From assembly GCA_947259725.1 (NCBI GenBank), contig CAMYNM010000003.1, positions 42,571 to 106,570 of the forward strand: a stretch of 64,000 bases of DNA. The letters are read 5' to 3'. Shown one piece after another: positions 1 to 10,145 of this stretch. Position numbers and translations under genes: made by a program. Each line of letters starts with the position of its first letter. Position 1 is the first letter of the stretch. Origin of the DNA: Thermoanaerobaculia bacterium. GTDB lineage: Bacteria > Acidobacteriota > Thermoanaerobaculia > Multivoradales > JAHEKO01. Below the pieces are notes generated by a model. It had not been told where the DNA came from. It saw nothing but the letters and a program-made list of their open reading frames with translations, and ran no database searches.

Positions 1-1209
1 CGAGCCGAAGGTCCGGGAGATTTCTCCAAGGTGATGGAGCGAATGCGTCGATTGCGAGCTGACATCAGCCGGCACGACAGCGCACGACGGTTTCGCGACC
101 TCGGCGTGGACGTATTCATCGGCGAAGGTCGCTTCGTGGCGTCCGACGCGCTCGAAGTCGCCGGCAGGCGGCTGGTGTTCCGACGGGCGGTGATCGCCAC
201 GGGCGCCAGCCCCATGGTTCTTCCGATCCCCGGGCTCGCCGACAGCCAGTTCCTCACCAACGAAACCGTCTTCACCCTGAACGAGCTGCCGGAGAGACTC
301 GCGATCATCGGCGGCGGGCCGATCGGATGCGAGCTGGCCCAGGCCTTTGCTCGCTTCGGAAGTCGAGTCTCGGTCTTCGATCTCGCGCCTCATGTTCTGT
401 CGCGCGAGGATGCCGACGCCGCCGGGATCGTCCAGAACGCCCTGATCGAGGACGGAGTGGATCTGCAGCTCGGCGCTCAGATCCGAACCGTCGCCTCTGA
501 AAGAGGCGAAACTACGGTCAGCTTCGGGCGCGACGGAGAAAAACAGGAGAAGCGCTTCGACAAGCTCCTTCTTGCGGTCGGCCGCGCCCCCAACGTGAAC
601 GCCATCGGCCTCGAGGCCGCCGGCGTCAAGTTCTCGAAGCAAGGTGTCGAGGTCGACGACCGCCTGCGGAGCTCGAACTCGCGGATCTACGCGGTCGGCG
701 ACGTCGCCTCCCGGTTCAAGTTCACCCACGTCGCTGACGCCTTGGCGCGAATCGCTATCCAGAACTCGCTCTTTTTCGGGCGCAAGAAGGCCAGCGACCT
801 GGTGGTTCCCTGGTGCACCTACACCGATCCGGAGATCGCCCACGTCGGCCTCTACGAACAGGACGCCGAAGAGAAAGGCATCGAGGTCGAGACCCTGACG
901 ATTCCACTCTCGGACGTGGATCGCTCGGTGCTCGAAGGCAGGACCGAGGGTTTCCTCCGACTGCATGTTCGCAAGGGAAAAGACCAGATCCTCGGGGCCA
1001 CTCTGGTGGCCGATCACGCCGGCGACATGCTCGGCGAGCTGTCCCTTGCGGTCACCAACAAGGTGGGCTTGAACCAGATCGCCGGCACCATCCACGCCTA
1101 CCCGACCCAGGCCGAGGTGATCAAGAAAGCCGCGGACACCTGGCGCCGCGGCAAGCTGACGCCGACGGTGTCGAAGATCTTCGAGATCTTCTTCCGGGTC
1201 TTCAAGTAG
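1..1209 (+). CDS. FAD-dependent pyridine nucleotide-disulfide oxidoreductase (LpdA/MerA-like family), 5' part outside window
   Basis: IATGA, NAD-binding GGGPIGCE, IYAVGD and C-terminal HAYPT motifs. No C-terminal CC pair, so not a true MerA. Frame is open from the window edge. Confidence 0.85.
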   Translation, partial: RAEGPGDFSKVMERMRRLRADISRHDSARRFRDLGVDVFIGEGRFVASDALEVAGRRLVFRRAVIATGASPMVLPIPGLADSQFLTNETVFTLNELPERLAIIGGGPIGCELAQAFARFGSRVSVFDLAPHVLSREDADAAGIVQNALIEDGVDLQLGAQIRTVASERGETTVSFGRDGEKQEKRFDKLLLAVGRAPNVNAIGLEAAGVKFSKQGVEVDDRLRSSNSRIYAVGDVASRFKFTHVADALARIAIQNSLFFGRKKASDLVVPWCTYTDPEIAHVGLYEQDAEEKGIEVETLTIPLSDVDRSVLEGRTEGFLRLHVRKGKDQILGATLVADHAGDMLGELSLAVTNKVGLNQIAGTIHAYPTQAEVIKKAADTWRRGKLTPTVSKIFEIFFRVFK

Positions 1210-1301
1210 GGCCTGGGCCCGAAACACCAGGTCGCTCGCACGTACCGCAGTCGATCGCGGCTCACCGGCTCGACTCACTGCTTCGAAGCGAGAGAGGTAC
1301 A

Positions 1302-1425
1302 CGCTGGCTTCTGCAGCCGGAAGATACAAGGCTTGCGACCGAGAGGTACCGGAAGCGTACTCAAGTACGCTGAGGACAACCTCGAGGGAGCGTAACGCCG
1401 TAGATTCTGGTTGCAGGAGCCAGCG
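1302..1425 (+). repeat. Rod-like palindromic intergenic element (MITE-like or structured RNA)
   Basis: 21-nt arms 1302-1322 and 1405-1425 pair with 3 G-U wobbles. Nested stems gaggt/acctc and agcgtac-TCAA-gtacgct. Lies between convergent genes. Confidence 0.65.
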
Positions 1426-1432
1426 AGGGCGG

Positions 1433-2170
1433 CTACTTGAAGCGGGAGCGCAAGTACTCCCGATTCATCTGCGCGATGAAATCGATCGAAATCCCCTTCG
1501 GGCAGACCGCTTCGCACTCGGCGAAGTTGGTGCAGCTGCCGAAGTAGCTCTCCATGACCTCGACCATCTTGGTCGCGCGGGCGAATCGCTCGGGCCTCCC
1601 CTGCGGCAGCTCGGCCAGATGCGAGATCTTCGCCGAGGTGAACAGCTGGGCGGCGCCGTTGGGGCACTGCGCGACGCACGCGCCGCAACCGATGCACTCG
1701 GCGGCATCCATCGCCCGCTCGGCGTCATCCCGGGGCACGGGGATCAGATTGGCTTCGGGAGCGCTACCGGTATTGACCGAAATGTACCCTCCGGCGCCGA
1801 TAATCTCGTCGAACGGGCTGCGATCGACCACCAGATCCTTGAGAATCGGAAACGCACGCGAACGAAACGGCTCCACTCGGATCTCGTCGCCGTCGCGGAA
1901 CTTGCGCATGTGGAGCTGGCAGGTCGCGGTCCCCGATTCCGGGCCATGCGCAGAGCCGTTGATCATCACACCGCAGGAGCCGCAAATGCCCTCTCGGCAG
2001 TCATGGTCGAAAGCCACCGGCTCCTCGCCCGATTCGATCAACTCTTCATTCAAAACATCGAGCATCTCGAGAAACGACATATCCGGAGACACGTCGTCGC
2101 GAGCATAGGTCGCGAAGCTACCGCCGTCGTTCGCGTTCTTCTGCCGCCAGATGTGGAGTTTCAAACGCAT
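1433..2170 (-). CDS. sdhB: Succinate dehydrogenase/fumarate reductase iron-sulfur subunit
   Basis: [21 protein letters not shown] and [12 protein letters not shown] Fe-S motifs. Start taken at ATG 2170 ([10 protein letters not shown]). Confidence 0.95.
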   Translation of the reverse strand: MRLKLHIWRQKNANDGGSFATYARDDVSPDMSFLEMLDVLNEELIESGEEPVAFDHDCREGICGSCGVMINGSAHGPESGTATCQLHMRKFRDGDEIRVEPFRSRAFPILKDLVVDRSPFDEIIGAGGYISVNTGSAPEANLIPVPRDDAERAMDAAECIGCGACVAQCPNGAAQLFTSAKISHLAELPQGRPERFARATKMVEVMESYFGSCTNFAECEAVCPKGISIDFIAQMNREYLRSRFK

Positions 2171-2177
2171 GACCGGC

Positions 2178-4094
2178 TCACTTGTAGCTTCGTTGAGAGG
2201 GAGGTACGTTCTCGAAGTCGAGCTCTTCCTTGTGCAGGCGCGGGGTGTCTCCAGCGCCGGTCCATTCCCAGGCCGCGACGTACTTGTAGTCCTCGTCGTT
2301 TCTCCGGGCTTCACCCTCCTCGGTCTGGTATTCCTCACGGAAATGAGTTCCGCACGACTCTTCGCGGTCGAGTGCGTCTCGGCACATCAGTTCGGCGAGC
2401 TCGAAATAGTCGGCGACTCGGCCGGCCTTCTCGAGCGACTGATTGAGATCCGCGGCCGCGCCCGGTACACGGACATTCCTCCAATACTCCTCGCGCAAGG
2501 CCTGGATCTTCGCGATTGCCGCCTCGAGCCCCTTGCGATCCCTGGACATCCCGCATTCGTCCTCGCAGACCTTGCCCAGCTCTCGGTGCAGCGAGTCCAC
2601 CGTGCGCTTGCCTTGAACCGACAAGAGCCTGTCGAGCCGGTCGGTGACCTCGCCCTCGACCTCGCGGAAGGCCTGATGGTCGGTCGGCAGCGGCTCTTCG
2701 CCCATGCGCGGCGCGAGGTAATCGCCGATCGTGTACGGCAGGACGAAGTAGCCGTCCGCCAGACCCTGCATCAGCGCCGAGGCGCCTAGCCGGTTGGCGC
2801 CGTGATCCGAGAAGTTGGCCTCGCCGATCACGAAGAGGCCGGGAATGGTGGACATGAGGTGGTAATCAACCCACAGCCCGCCCATCGTGTAGTGCGGCGC
2901 CGGATAGATTCGCATCGGCACCGCATACGGGTCTTCTCCGGTGATCCGTTCGTACATTTCGAAGAGATTGCCGTACTTGGCGGCCACCGCGTCCTTGCCC
3001 AGACGAGCGATAGCGTCGGCGAAATCGAGATAGACGCCTCTGGCGCCATGGCCGACGCCGTAGCCCTCGTCGCAAACCGTCTTGGCGGCGCGTGAGGCGA
3101 TGTCGCGCGGCACCAGGTTCCCGAACGCCGGGTAGCGGCGCTCGAGATAGTAGTCGCGCTCGGCCTCCGGAATCTGATCCGGCGAGCGGCTGTCGCCCCC
3201 GGCCTTCGGCACCCAAATTCGACCGTCGTTGCGCAGCGACTCGGACATCAAGGTGAGCTTTGACTGGTAGTCGCCATGCTGCGGGATGCAGGTCGGGTGA
3301 ATCTGCGTATAGCACGGGTTGGCAAACAGGGCACCGCGCCGGTGCGCCCGCCAGATGGCCGTTGCGTTGCAGCCCTTGGCATTGGTCGAGAGGAAAAAGA
3401 CGTTCGCGTACCCGCCGGTCGCGAGCACCACGGCATCGGCCGACCACGAGGCCATCGTTCCGTCAGCGAGATCACGAGTGACGATCCCCCGGGCTCTACC
3501 GTCTTCCACCACCAGGTCGAGCATCTCGGTCTTGGCGTGCATCCGAACCGTTCCGGCCGCCACCTGACGTGAGAGCGCCTGGTAGGCGCTCAGCTGGAGC
3601 TGCTGCCCGGTCTGCCCGCGCGCGTAGAACGTCCGCGACACCTGGGCGCCGCCGAACGAGCGGTTGGCCAGGCCGCCACCGTACTCACGGGCGAATGGAA
3701 CGCCCTGAGCAACGCACTGATCGATGATGTTGACGCTGACTTCGGCCAGACGGTGCACATTCGCCTCTCGTGACCGAAAATCACCGCCCTTGACGGTGTC
3801 GTAGAAGAGCCGCCAGACGCTGTCGCCGTCGTTCTGATAATTCTTGGCCGCGTTGATTCCACCCTGTGCCGCGATCGAGTGCGCACGGCGGGCGCTGTCC
3901 TGATAGCAGAAGCAATCGACGTGATACCCGAGCTCGCCGAGGCTGGCCGCCGCCGAGGCTCCGGCAAGCCCGGAGCCCACGACGATAATTGAGAACTTCC
4001 TCTTGTTCGCCGGGTTCACCAGCTTGAGATCGAACTTGTGGCGGGTCCATTTCTCGGCCACCGGGCCGGCCGGCACTTTTCCATCTAGCTTCAT
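2178..4094 (-). CDS. sdhA: Succinate dehydrogenase/fumarate reductase flavoprotein subunit
   Basis: GSGLAG, covalent-FAD motif [32 protein letters not shown]. Start at ATG 4094 (MKLDGK). Confidence 0.95.
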   Translation of the reverse strand: MKLDGKVPAGPVAEKWTRHKFDLKLVNPANKRKFSIIVVGSGLAGASAAASLGELGYHVDCFCYQDSARRAHSIAAQGGINAAKNYQNDGDSVWRLFYDTVKGGDFRSREANVHRLAEVSVNIIDQCVAQGVPFAREYGGGLANRSFGGAQVSRTFYARGQTGQQLQLSAYQALSRQVAAGTVRMHAKTEMLDLVVEDGRARGIVTRDLADGTMASWSADAVVLATGGYANVFFLSTNAKGCNATAIWRAHRRGALFANPCYTQIHPTCIPQHGDYQSKLTLMSESLRNDGRIWVPKAGGDSRSPDQIPEAERDYYLERRYPAFGNLVPRDIASRAAKTVCDEGYGVGHGARGVYLDFADAIARLGKDAVAAKYGNLFEMYERITGEDPYAVPMRIYPAPHYTMGGLWVDYHLMSTIPGLFVIGEANFSDHGANRLGASALMQGLADGYFVLPYTIGDYLAPRMGEEPLPTDHQAFREVEGEVTDRLDRLLSVQGKRTVDSLHRELGKVCEDECGMSRDRKGLEAAIAKIQALREEYWRNVRVPGAAADLNQSLEKAGRVADYFELAELMCRDALDREESCGTHFREEYQTEEGEARRNDEDYKYVAAWEWTGAGDTPRLHKEELDFENVPPSQRSYK

Positions 4095-4096
4095 TG

Positions 4097-4780
4097 TCAA
4101 CTCACCCAACCCATCAAGACGGATACCGCAAGGCTGATGTTGCCCAGCGAGACGACCAGGGCGATCGAAAGCGCCAGCGGACGACGCCAGGCGTTGACGC
4201 GCTCGTGGTTCAGGCCCAGCGTCTGAAAGGCGCTCCAGAATCCGTGGAAGAGGTGAAAGCCGAGGGCGACCTGAGCTACGACGTAGATGGCGACCACCCA
4301 CCAGACTCGAAAACCCTCGACGAAATTGCGATGGACATTGCCCGGCTCGAAATCGGGATGTGCCCAGCTCATGCCCCAGGTGAAATGTGCCAGGTGGTAA
4401 AGGACGAAAAGCAAGATGATGACGCCGCCCCAGCGCATGGTGCGCGAGGCGTAGGTCGCCTGCTGCGCGGTCAGCGTGTAATAACGCTTCGGCCGCGCCT
4501 TGCGGCTCAGACGCGTCAGGCTCCACGCCGAATGGATGTGCACGAGAACCGCTCCGAGCAGAACCACGCGCGCGATCCAGAGAGCGCCGTTGTGCGGCAG
4601 CAGGGGGCTGCCCATCTCGCGCAGCCAGTCGGCATACCCGTTGTACTTCTCGGCGCCCAGGAACGCCTTGAGGTTCCCGGCCATGTGCCCAAGCACAAAG
4701 CCCACCAGAAGCAGACCGCTCAGGGCCATGGCGGCCTTCTTGCCGAGTGCCGACCCGTAGGTTTTGCCGATCCAACTCAT
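4097..4780 (-). CDS. sdhC: Succinate dehydrogenase cytochrome b558 subunit
   Basis: About 5 hydrophobic helices with His ligands (GHMAGN, VHIH, YHLAH, FHLFHG). First gene of sdhCAB. Confidence 0.92.
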   Translation of the reverse strand: MSWIGKTYGSALGKKAAMALSGLLLVGFVLGHMAGNLKAFLGAEKYNGYADWLREMGSPLLPHNGALWIARVVLLGAVLVHIHSAWSLTRLSRKARPKRYYTLTAQQATYASRTMRWGGVIILLFVLYHLAHFTWGMSWAHPDFEPGNVHRNFVEGFRVWWVVAIYVVAQVALGFHLFHGFWSAFQTLGLNHERVNAWRRPLALSIALVVSLGNISLAVSVLMGWVS

Positions 4781-4847
4781 CTCGAGCGACTCTAGTGTAC
4801 GCGATATTTCAGCCGAATTACGCCAGAAACCCAGATGGGCGGATCTC

Positions 4848-6143
4848 CTATCCGGCGTTCCGGCGCTTCTTTCCGCCTCTGCGGCGACGCCGCCCCCGGC
4901 GTTTGGGTGGACGCTCGCCGGACGGCGAGGTCGCCTGCGTGTGAGCCCTCGCGACTCGCCGCCACTGGCGAAGCTCGGAGGGATCCGAATCCGTCGCATC
5001 GACCCAGGCTTCGTACACGAGAAGCGCATCCTTGAAGAAGGGCCGACGAGAGAAGTTGACCCGTTCGCGGACAGATCCGCCTAGTTCCAGCTTGCGCAGT
5101 GCGCTCACGGTGTGAACCACCTGCTCGACCTTGTGCTTCGCCAGCGACAGACGCTGAAAGAGCGGGCTCGCGATCGAGGCGATGCTCTCGCGCACGGCCC
5201 TCGAGTTCGCCTTCGCTCCGAAGGCATTCGGATTGGCCAGGACGATTGCCGGCAACAGAAGGCAAGAGTACAGACCGATCTCCGAAGGCGCATCGTTCTT
5301 GGCGGCCTTGCGGTCGAGCAATCGGATGACTTTGGAAAAGTCGCCAAGACCTCTCGACTGGGCTTCGAAGATCGCACCGAGCTCCGGAAACAAAGCCCTC
5401 GCAAGTCCCAGCTCCTCCATCCATTGCATGGCCCGAGCGGCAGCGCCGCAACGAAAGATCTGCCCGATTTCCTCGGCCAGCCGAGCAGGCGCGGCCTTGT
5501 GAATCTCCTCGGCGTGCCGAACGATCCCTTCCTGCGTCGCGGCGTGGATCGTGAAGTCCAGTCGTGCCGCCATCTCGCAAGCGCGGGTCATTCGAACCGG
5601 GTCCTCCTGGAAACGCAGATCCGGATCTCCGATCACCCGAATCACCCCCGCCTCGAGATCGTCGATGCCGCCTACATAGTCGATCACCGAAAAATCGGCG
5701 ATGTTGTAGAACAGAGCGTTGACCGTGAAGTCGCGCCGGAACGCGTCTTCGGCGGGCGACCCGAAGACGTTGTCATCGGTGATCAGGAGCTCGCCGGGAG
5801 CGCCGTTCTGCGCTTCGGGATCGGGATCGCGACGAAAGGTCGAAACCTCGATGATCCCCTCCCTGAAGTAGATGTGAGCCAGCCGAAACCGTCGGCCGAT
5901 GATCCGCGAGTTGCGAAAGAGCTTCCGGATCTGAGGCGGTCGCGCGTTGGTTGCGATGTCGTAGTCCTTGGGCGCGCGGTCGAGCAGGTGATCGCGCACG
6001 CTACCGCCGACCAGATAGCCGAGGAAGCCAGAGCGGTTCAGGCGATTGAGAACCTTGAGGGCGTTCTCATGAACGCGAGACCGTGACAGCTCGTGCTCGG
6101 CTCGGGGAACGATTCGCGGTTCCGGCAGTTCCCGAGCACTCAC
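4848..6143 (-). CDS. pcnB: Poly(A) polymerase I
   Basis: VGGSVRD, PKDYD, PAP signature IIGRRFRLAHI, RRDFTVNAL, EDPVR, Arg-rich tail. Confidence 0.9.
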   Translation of the reverse strand: MSARELPEPRIVPRAEHELSRSRVHENALKVLNRLNRSGFLGYLVGGSVRDHLLDRAPKDYDIATNARPPQIRKLFRNSRIIGRRFRLAHIYFREGIIEVSTFRRDPDPEAQNGAPGELLITDDNVFGSPAEDAFRRDFTVNALFYNIADFSVIDYVGGIDDLEAGVIRVIGDPDLRFQEDPVRMTRACEMAARLDFTIHAATQEGIVRHAEEIHKAAPARLAEEIGQIFRCGAAARAMQWMEELGLARALFPELGAIFEAQSRGLGDFSKVIRLLDRKAAKNDAPSEIGLYSCLLLPAIVLANPNAFGAKANSRAVRESIASIASPLFQRLSLAKHKVEQVVHTVSALRKLELGGSVRERVNFSRRPFFKDALLVYEAWVDATDSDPSELRQWRRVARAHTQATSPSGERPPKRRGRRRRRGGKKRRNAG

Positions 6144-6149
6144 CCAGGC

Positions 6150-6155
6150 ATTATA
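6150..6155 (-). promoter_or_regulatory. -10 box TATAAT, 6 nt upstream of pcnB GTG (putative leaderless promoter)
   Basis: Minus strand TATAAT-gcctgg-GTG, with no Shine-Dalgarno. Confidence 0.55.
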
Positions 6156-6229
6156 GAGGCCGAGACGACGTCACGCCGAGGCGGGCTCGGAAGAGCCCGC
6201 CTCCGCGACCGGCGATCGGGTTCCGAGGG

Positions 6230-6940
6230 CTAGTCGTGGCCACGGGGCCGGGCGCGGCGCGCGCCGGAGCGGGCCCGATCCCGGTTCCGATCACCGCCGC
6301 GGCCCCGGTCGAGATCCCTGCGCTGTCCGCGGGACCGAGTCGAGTATGCGCCGCGGTCGCTATGGCCGCGGCGATCGCGGTCGAACCGGTCGGAGTGATG
6401 CCGATTCCGAGAGTCGCTCCGGTAGTGCCTGCCGTGGTGGCGGCGATCGTCGTGACGCGGCCGGTAGTAGTCGCGCCCATAATTCCGGTAGCTCCGGTGC
6501 CGATCGTAGCGGTGGCGATCGTAGCGATATCGATCGTAGCGATAGTGGTCGTAGCGACTTCCATAGCGCCCGTAGGTGCCGTAGGTATGGCCGCCGTAGG
6601 CGCGTGGCGCGAAGAAGCCCGAATAGGAAACGTAGGGATCGAATCGATGGCTGCGGAAGTGGTAGGCGACCGCCGGGCAGTCGGCGTGGTGATAGCTGTA
6701 CCCACCTCCGCGATAGCAACCGGAATGGCATTGGTAGCCGCTGTAGTGAAAGGGCTCGCTCACGCGATAGACGTGCCGGCCCGCGTGCACCGAGTATCGC
6801 GGGCCGCCGAAGCCGAGGTCGAAGAAAAAGCCGCCGACATCGAAGGAGGCGCCCACAGAGAAAACGCCCGCCTCGGCAGCCGGTACCGCGAGAACCGGCA
6901 GCAGCGCGATCAGGGCCAGAGTAATAAGGGTCTTTCGCAT
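6230..6940 (-). CDS. Secreted low-complexity Arg/Tyr/His/Gly/Asp-rich protein
   Basis: AGGAGG RBS, signal peptide (…PAAEA), CHSGC/HHADC cluster, RYDxx repeats, RG-rich tail. Confidence 0.75.
   Translation of the reverse strand: MRKTLITLALIALLPVLAVPAAEAGVFSVGASFDVGGFFFDLGFGGPRYSVHAGRHVYRVSEPFHYSGYQCHSGCYRGGGYSYHHADCPAVAYHFRSHRFDPYVSYSGFFAPRAYGGHTYGTYGRYGSRYDHYRYDRYRYDRHRYDRHRSYRNYGRDYYRPRHDDRRHHGRHYRSDSRNRHHSDRFDRDRRGHSDRGAYSTRSRGQRRDLDRGRGGDRNRDRARSGARRARPRGHD
6501..6557. repeat. 15-bp coding tandem repeat (about 4 units, CGATCGTAGC core) encoding RYD(H/R)(Y/H)
   Basis: Units start at 6501, 6516, 6531 and 6546. Confidence 0.8.
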
Positions 6941-6966
6941 GTTAGGTACCTCCTGACCTGTTTCTT

Positions 6967-6982
6967 TTCAGGATAGATGCCA
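6967..6982 (-). promoter_or_regulatory. Possible sigma54 (-24/-12) promoter
   Basis: TGGCATCTATCCTGAA (GG-N10-GA variant) just upstream of the RBS of 6230-6940. Confidence 0.3.
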
Positions 6983-7059
6983 GAAACAAGGGCCAGCACC
7001 GGCGGGCTGGTTCGGTCCCTCCGACCCGCGTCTTGTCCTCTCGAGCGGACACCCTGCGT

Positions 7060-8283
7060 TCAGGTCTTGGCCTCCAAACGGGTCGCGATGACGGTCTCCG
7101 AGGTGAGCGTGCGGTGGACCGGACAACGGTCCGCGATCTCGGCCAGACGCTCGCGCTGCTCGGGCGAGAGATCTCCCTCGACCCTCAGAACCACCTCGAT
7201 TCGGTCCACCCGCCCCTCCTCGCTGTCGCACTCATCGCAGTCTCGAGCGTGGATCTTCTCGTGCCCGACGCGCACCGAGACCCGCTCGAGCGGCCAGTTC
7301 TTGCGCTCGGCGTACATCCGGAGCGTCATCGACTTGCAGGCTCCGAGCGCCGCCAGGAGCAGCCCGTACGGCGTGGGGCCTCGGTCGGTTCCGCCGACCG
7401 AGCGCGGCTCGTCCGCGACCAGCTGGTGCGTCCCCGCGAATACCCGATTGAAAAACCCGGAATCACCACTCTCGACGACGACCTCGCCCTCGCCGGCGTC
7501 CGGCGACGGCCGAGCCGCTTTGGCCACGTAGCGCCCTGCCCACGCCGCCAGGACTTCACCGACATAGGCGGCGTCCGACTCGCGAGCCAGCAAGAGATGG
7601 TCCGCGTCGTCGAGAGAGACGAAACTCTTCGGGTGTCCGGCCGCCCTGTAAATCTTGCTCGCGTGCTCGATCGAAACGATCTGATCCCGCGGCGAGTGGA
7701 AGATCATGAGTGGCAGCTCGAGCCCGCGGATCGCGGCTTCGAGGTCGACCGCCGCCAGATCGTCGAGCAGCGGCCGTCCGATCCGGACCGAGCGGCCGAT
7801 GACATCGACCTCGACTTCCTCCCGGTGCGCCAGCTCAGGAGCCATGTGAAGCAGGCTATGTTCGAGGTGACGCGTATCACTGGGAGCGGCGAGGGTAGCC
7901 ACTGCTCGAACTTCGGGTACTCGCCGCGCTCCGGCGAGGACGGCCGCGCCGCCCAGGCTGTGGCCAAAGAGAACATCGGGCGCTCGGTGCTGCTCGCGAA
8001 GGTAGTCGGCCGCCGCCACCAGATCCTCGAGGTTGGTGGAAAAGGTGGTTTCCGAAAACTCACCCCCGCTCTCGCCGACCCCGGTGAAATCGAACCGGAA
8101 GACTCCGTAACCGCGTTCGACCAGCGTCCGGGCGATGCGCACGATCCCTTTGGCGTCTTTCGAACAGGTGAAGCAATGGGCGATCAGAACCATCCCGCGT
8201 GGCGCAAACGGGGGAAGCTCCAGCCGTCCCGCCAGCTCCGAGCCAAGGGCTCCGGGAAACCGAACTCTGTGTTTCGAAGACAT
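7060..8283 (-). CDS. Alpha/beta hydrolase-OsmC fusion protein
   Basis: AHCFTC, GHSLGG nucleophile, ADHLL. C-terminal OsmC domain with ALGACK and RCPVHRTL. Confidence 0.92.
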   Translation of the reverse strand: MSSKHRVRFPGALGSELAGRLELPPFAPRGMVLIAHCFTCSKDAKGIVRIARTLVERGYGVFRFDFTGVGESGGEFSETTFSTNLEDLVAAADYLREQHRAPDVLFGHSLGGAAVLAGARRVPEVRAVATLAAPSDTRHLEHSLLHMAPELAHREEVEVDVIGRSVRIGRPLLDDLAAVDLEAAIRGLELPLMIFHSPRDQIVSIEHASKIYRAAGHPKSFVSLDDADHLLLARESDAAYVGEVLAAWAGRYVAKAARPSPDAGEGEVVVESGDSGFFNRVFAGTHQLVADEPRSVGGTDRGPTPYGLLLAALGACKSMTLRMYAERKNWPLERVSVRVGHEKIHARDCDECDSEEGRVDRIEVVLRVEGDLSPEQRERLAEIADRCPVHRTLTSETVIATRLEAKT

Positions 8284-8435
8284 CTACTGAGAACCTCCCG
8301 GGTTGCATTCCTGAGGACTGGCGCGAGCCTGAATACGGTGACAGGATACCTACTGAACGCCGTCTCTCGCGAACGGTTTCCGCCGCTCGGGCGAGTTCGC
8401 CCACCGCTTTTTACAACCCGCTTCGAGGAACACTC

Positions 8436-9524
8436 ATGGCTACGGTCTTTTTCACCGGCTTTCCCGGCTTCCTGGGCTCCGAACTGCTTCCGCGGGTCCT
8501 CGATCGTCGGAGCGAAGACCGAGCGATCTGTCTGATCCAGTCCAAGTTTGCGCACCTCGCCGAGCTGCGCCGAGCCGAGCTGGTGGCGCGCGAACCGGAG
8601 CTCTCCGGCCGGATCGAGCTCGTTGCCGGCGACATCACCGAGCGCGGGCTCGGCCTCGGCTCCAAGAACGGGCTCGCCGGCGAGGTGTGTGAGATCTACC
8701 ACCTGGCGGCGGTCTACGACCTGATGGTCAAGCGCGACGTCGGCATCCGGGTCAACGTCGACGGCACTCGCAATGTGCTCGACTTCGCGGAAGACTGCCC
8801 CGATCTCGAGCGTTTTCAGTACGTCTCGACCTGCTATGTCAGTGGCCGGCACGCCGGGATCTTCCGCGAGACCGACCTCGATCGCGGGCAGGATTTCAAC
8901 AACTACTACGAGGAAACCAAGTTCCTGGCCGAAGTCGACGTCCAGGCGCGCATGAAGGGGGGCCTTCCGGCGACCGTCTACCGACCCTCGATCGTGGTCG
9001 GAGACAGCGAGACCGGCGCTACGCAGAAGTACGACGGGCCCTACTTCGTGATCCGCTGGCTGCTTCGACAGCCGGTGGTGGCGCTGCTACCCGTGGTTGG
9101 CGACCCGACCTCGGTATGCGTCAACCTCGTGCCGAGAGACTTCATCATCGACGCAATCTCTCATCTAAGTAGCCTCGACGAAGCCCTGGGCGAGGTCTAT
9201 CAGCTAGCCGACCCGAATCCGCTGACCGTCGACCAGCTCATCGACCTAGTCGGCGAAGCGACCGGCCGCAAGGTCGTACGGGTACCCGCGCTCCGCTCCT
9301 TCGCCAAGGCTTCGCTCGACTTCCTGCCCGGGCTCGAGCAGCTCATGCAGATCCCGTCCGCGGCAATCGACTACTTCGCTCACCCCACCCACTACACCAC
9401 CGACCGCGCCAGTCGCGACCTCGCGACGGCCGGCATCGAGGTGCCCCGCCTCGCCAGCTACATGTCGAGGCTCGTGGCCTTTGTTCGCGAGAACCCCGAC
9501 GTCGGCGCGAAGGCGATGATCTAG
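8436..9524 (+). CDS. Extended SDR / thioester-reductase-like (male-sterility type) NAD(P)-dependent oxidoreductase
   Basis: TGFPGFLG, HLAA, YVST, YEETK, RPSIV. GAGGA RBS before ATG 8436. Confidence 0.88.
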   Translation: MATVFFTGFPGFLGSELLPRVLDRRSEDRAICLIQSKFAHLAELRRAELVAREPELSGRIELVAGDITERGLGLGSKNGLAGEVCEIYHLAAVYDLMVKRDVGIRVNVDGTRNVLDFAEDCPDLERFQYVSTCYVSGRHAGIFRETDLDRGQDFNNYYEETKFLAEVDVQARMKGGLPATVYRPSIVVGDSETGATQKYDGPYFVIRWLLRQPVVALLPVVGDPTSVCVNLVPRDFIIDAISHLSSLDEALGEVYQLADPNPLTVDQLIDLVGEATGRKVVRVPALRSFAKASLDFLPGLEQLMQIPSAAIDYFAHPTHYTTDRASRDLATAGIEVPRLASYMSRLVAFVRENPDVGAKAMI

Positions 9525-9525
9525 G

Positions 9526-9569
9526 GGGACACAATAGAGTAGTGTTACTCGCATTACCTATTGTGTCCC
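9526..9569. repeat. GGGACAC...GTGTCCC palindromic (REP-like) hairpin
   Basis: Perfect 12-bp stem gggacacaatag/ctattgtgtccc plus inner gtagtg/cattac, right after the SDR stop codon. Confidence 0.75.
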
Positions 9570-9578
9570 GTTCGAGGC

Positions 9579-10145
9579 ATGTATTTCGCGACGCATCTGA
9601 AGGCTTTTCTCGCCGACCCGAAGGGTGTCGCGGCCTTGACGCCGACGTCTTCGTTCGCGCTCAACCGCATCGCCTCGAAGGTCGATCCGCGCCGGGCACG
9701 GCTGATCGTAGAGTACGGTCCCGGGACCGGCGTCCTGACCCACCGGTTGCTCGAACGGCTGCACCCCGAAGGCAGCCTGCTCGCTATCGAGCTGAATGCC
9801 GGCCTGGCGAAACAGCTGGGCGAGAAAACGCTCGATCGGAGGCTCACGATCGTTCACGGTTCGGCCGAAGAGGTACAGGAGCACCTCGATCGACTCGAGC
9901 TCACCTCGCCTGACTACGTCCTGTCGGGAATGCCCTTCTTCTGGCTCCCGTTCGAGGTCGCACAGAAGATCGTCGCCGGCACGCACGACGCCCTTGCTCC
10001 CGGGGGAACGTTCATCGCGTACCAGATGTTCTATCTCGGCCGCAGGTACCTGCGCGGACACCTCGAGAGATACTTCCCTACGGTTACCGCGGAGCTCGAG
10101 CTGCGCAACCTCCCCCCTTACCGGATCTACGAGGCCATCAAGTAG
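9579..10145 (+). CDS. Class I SAM methyltransferase, phospholipid/ornithine-lipid N-methyltransferase-like
   Basis: PTSS, EYGPGTG, IELN, VLSGMPF, AYQ and RNLPP motifs. Confidence 0.8.
   Translation: MYFATHLKAFLADPKGVAALTPTSSFALNRIASKVDPRRARLIVEYGPGTGVLTHRLLERLHPEGSLLAIELNAGLAKQLGEKTLDRRLTIVHGSAEEVQEHLDRLELTSPDYVLSGMPFFWLPFEVAQKIVAGTHDALAPGGTFIAYQMFYLGRRYLRGHLERYFPTVTAELELRNLPPYRIYEAIK

Noticed and set aside
1-1209. Mercuric reductase MerA / mer operon
   Set aside because: No C-terminal Cys-Cys pair and no mer genes downstream.
4095-4775. Long N-terminal extensions in the ORF track (sdhA, sdhB, IDH-family, grpE, prmA, trmD, aminotransferase)
   Set aside because: They overlap upstream genes in other frames. 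Downstream starts with RBS or family-typical N-termini fit better.
6083-6976. 297-aa Val/Ala/Ile/Pro-rich + strand ORF
   Set aside because: Antisense mirror of the 6230-6940 repeat-rich gene, which has the RBS and signal peptide.
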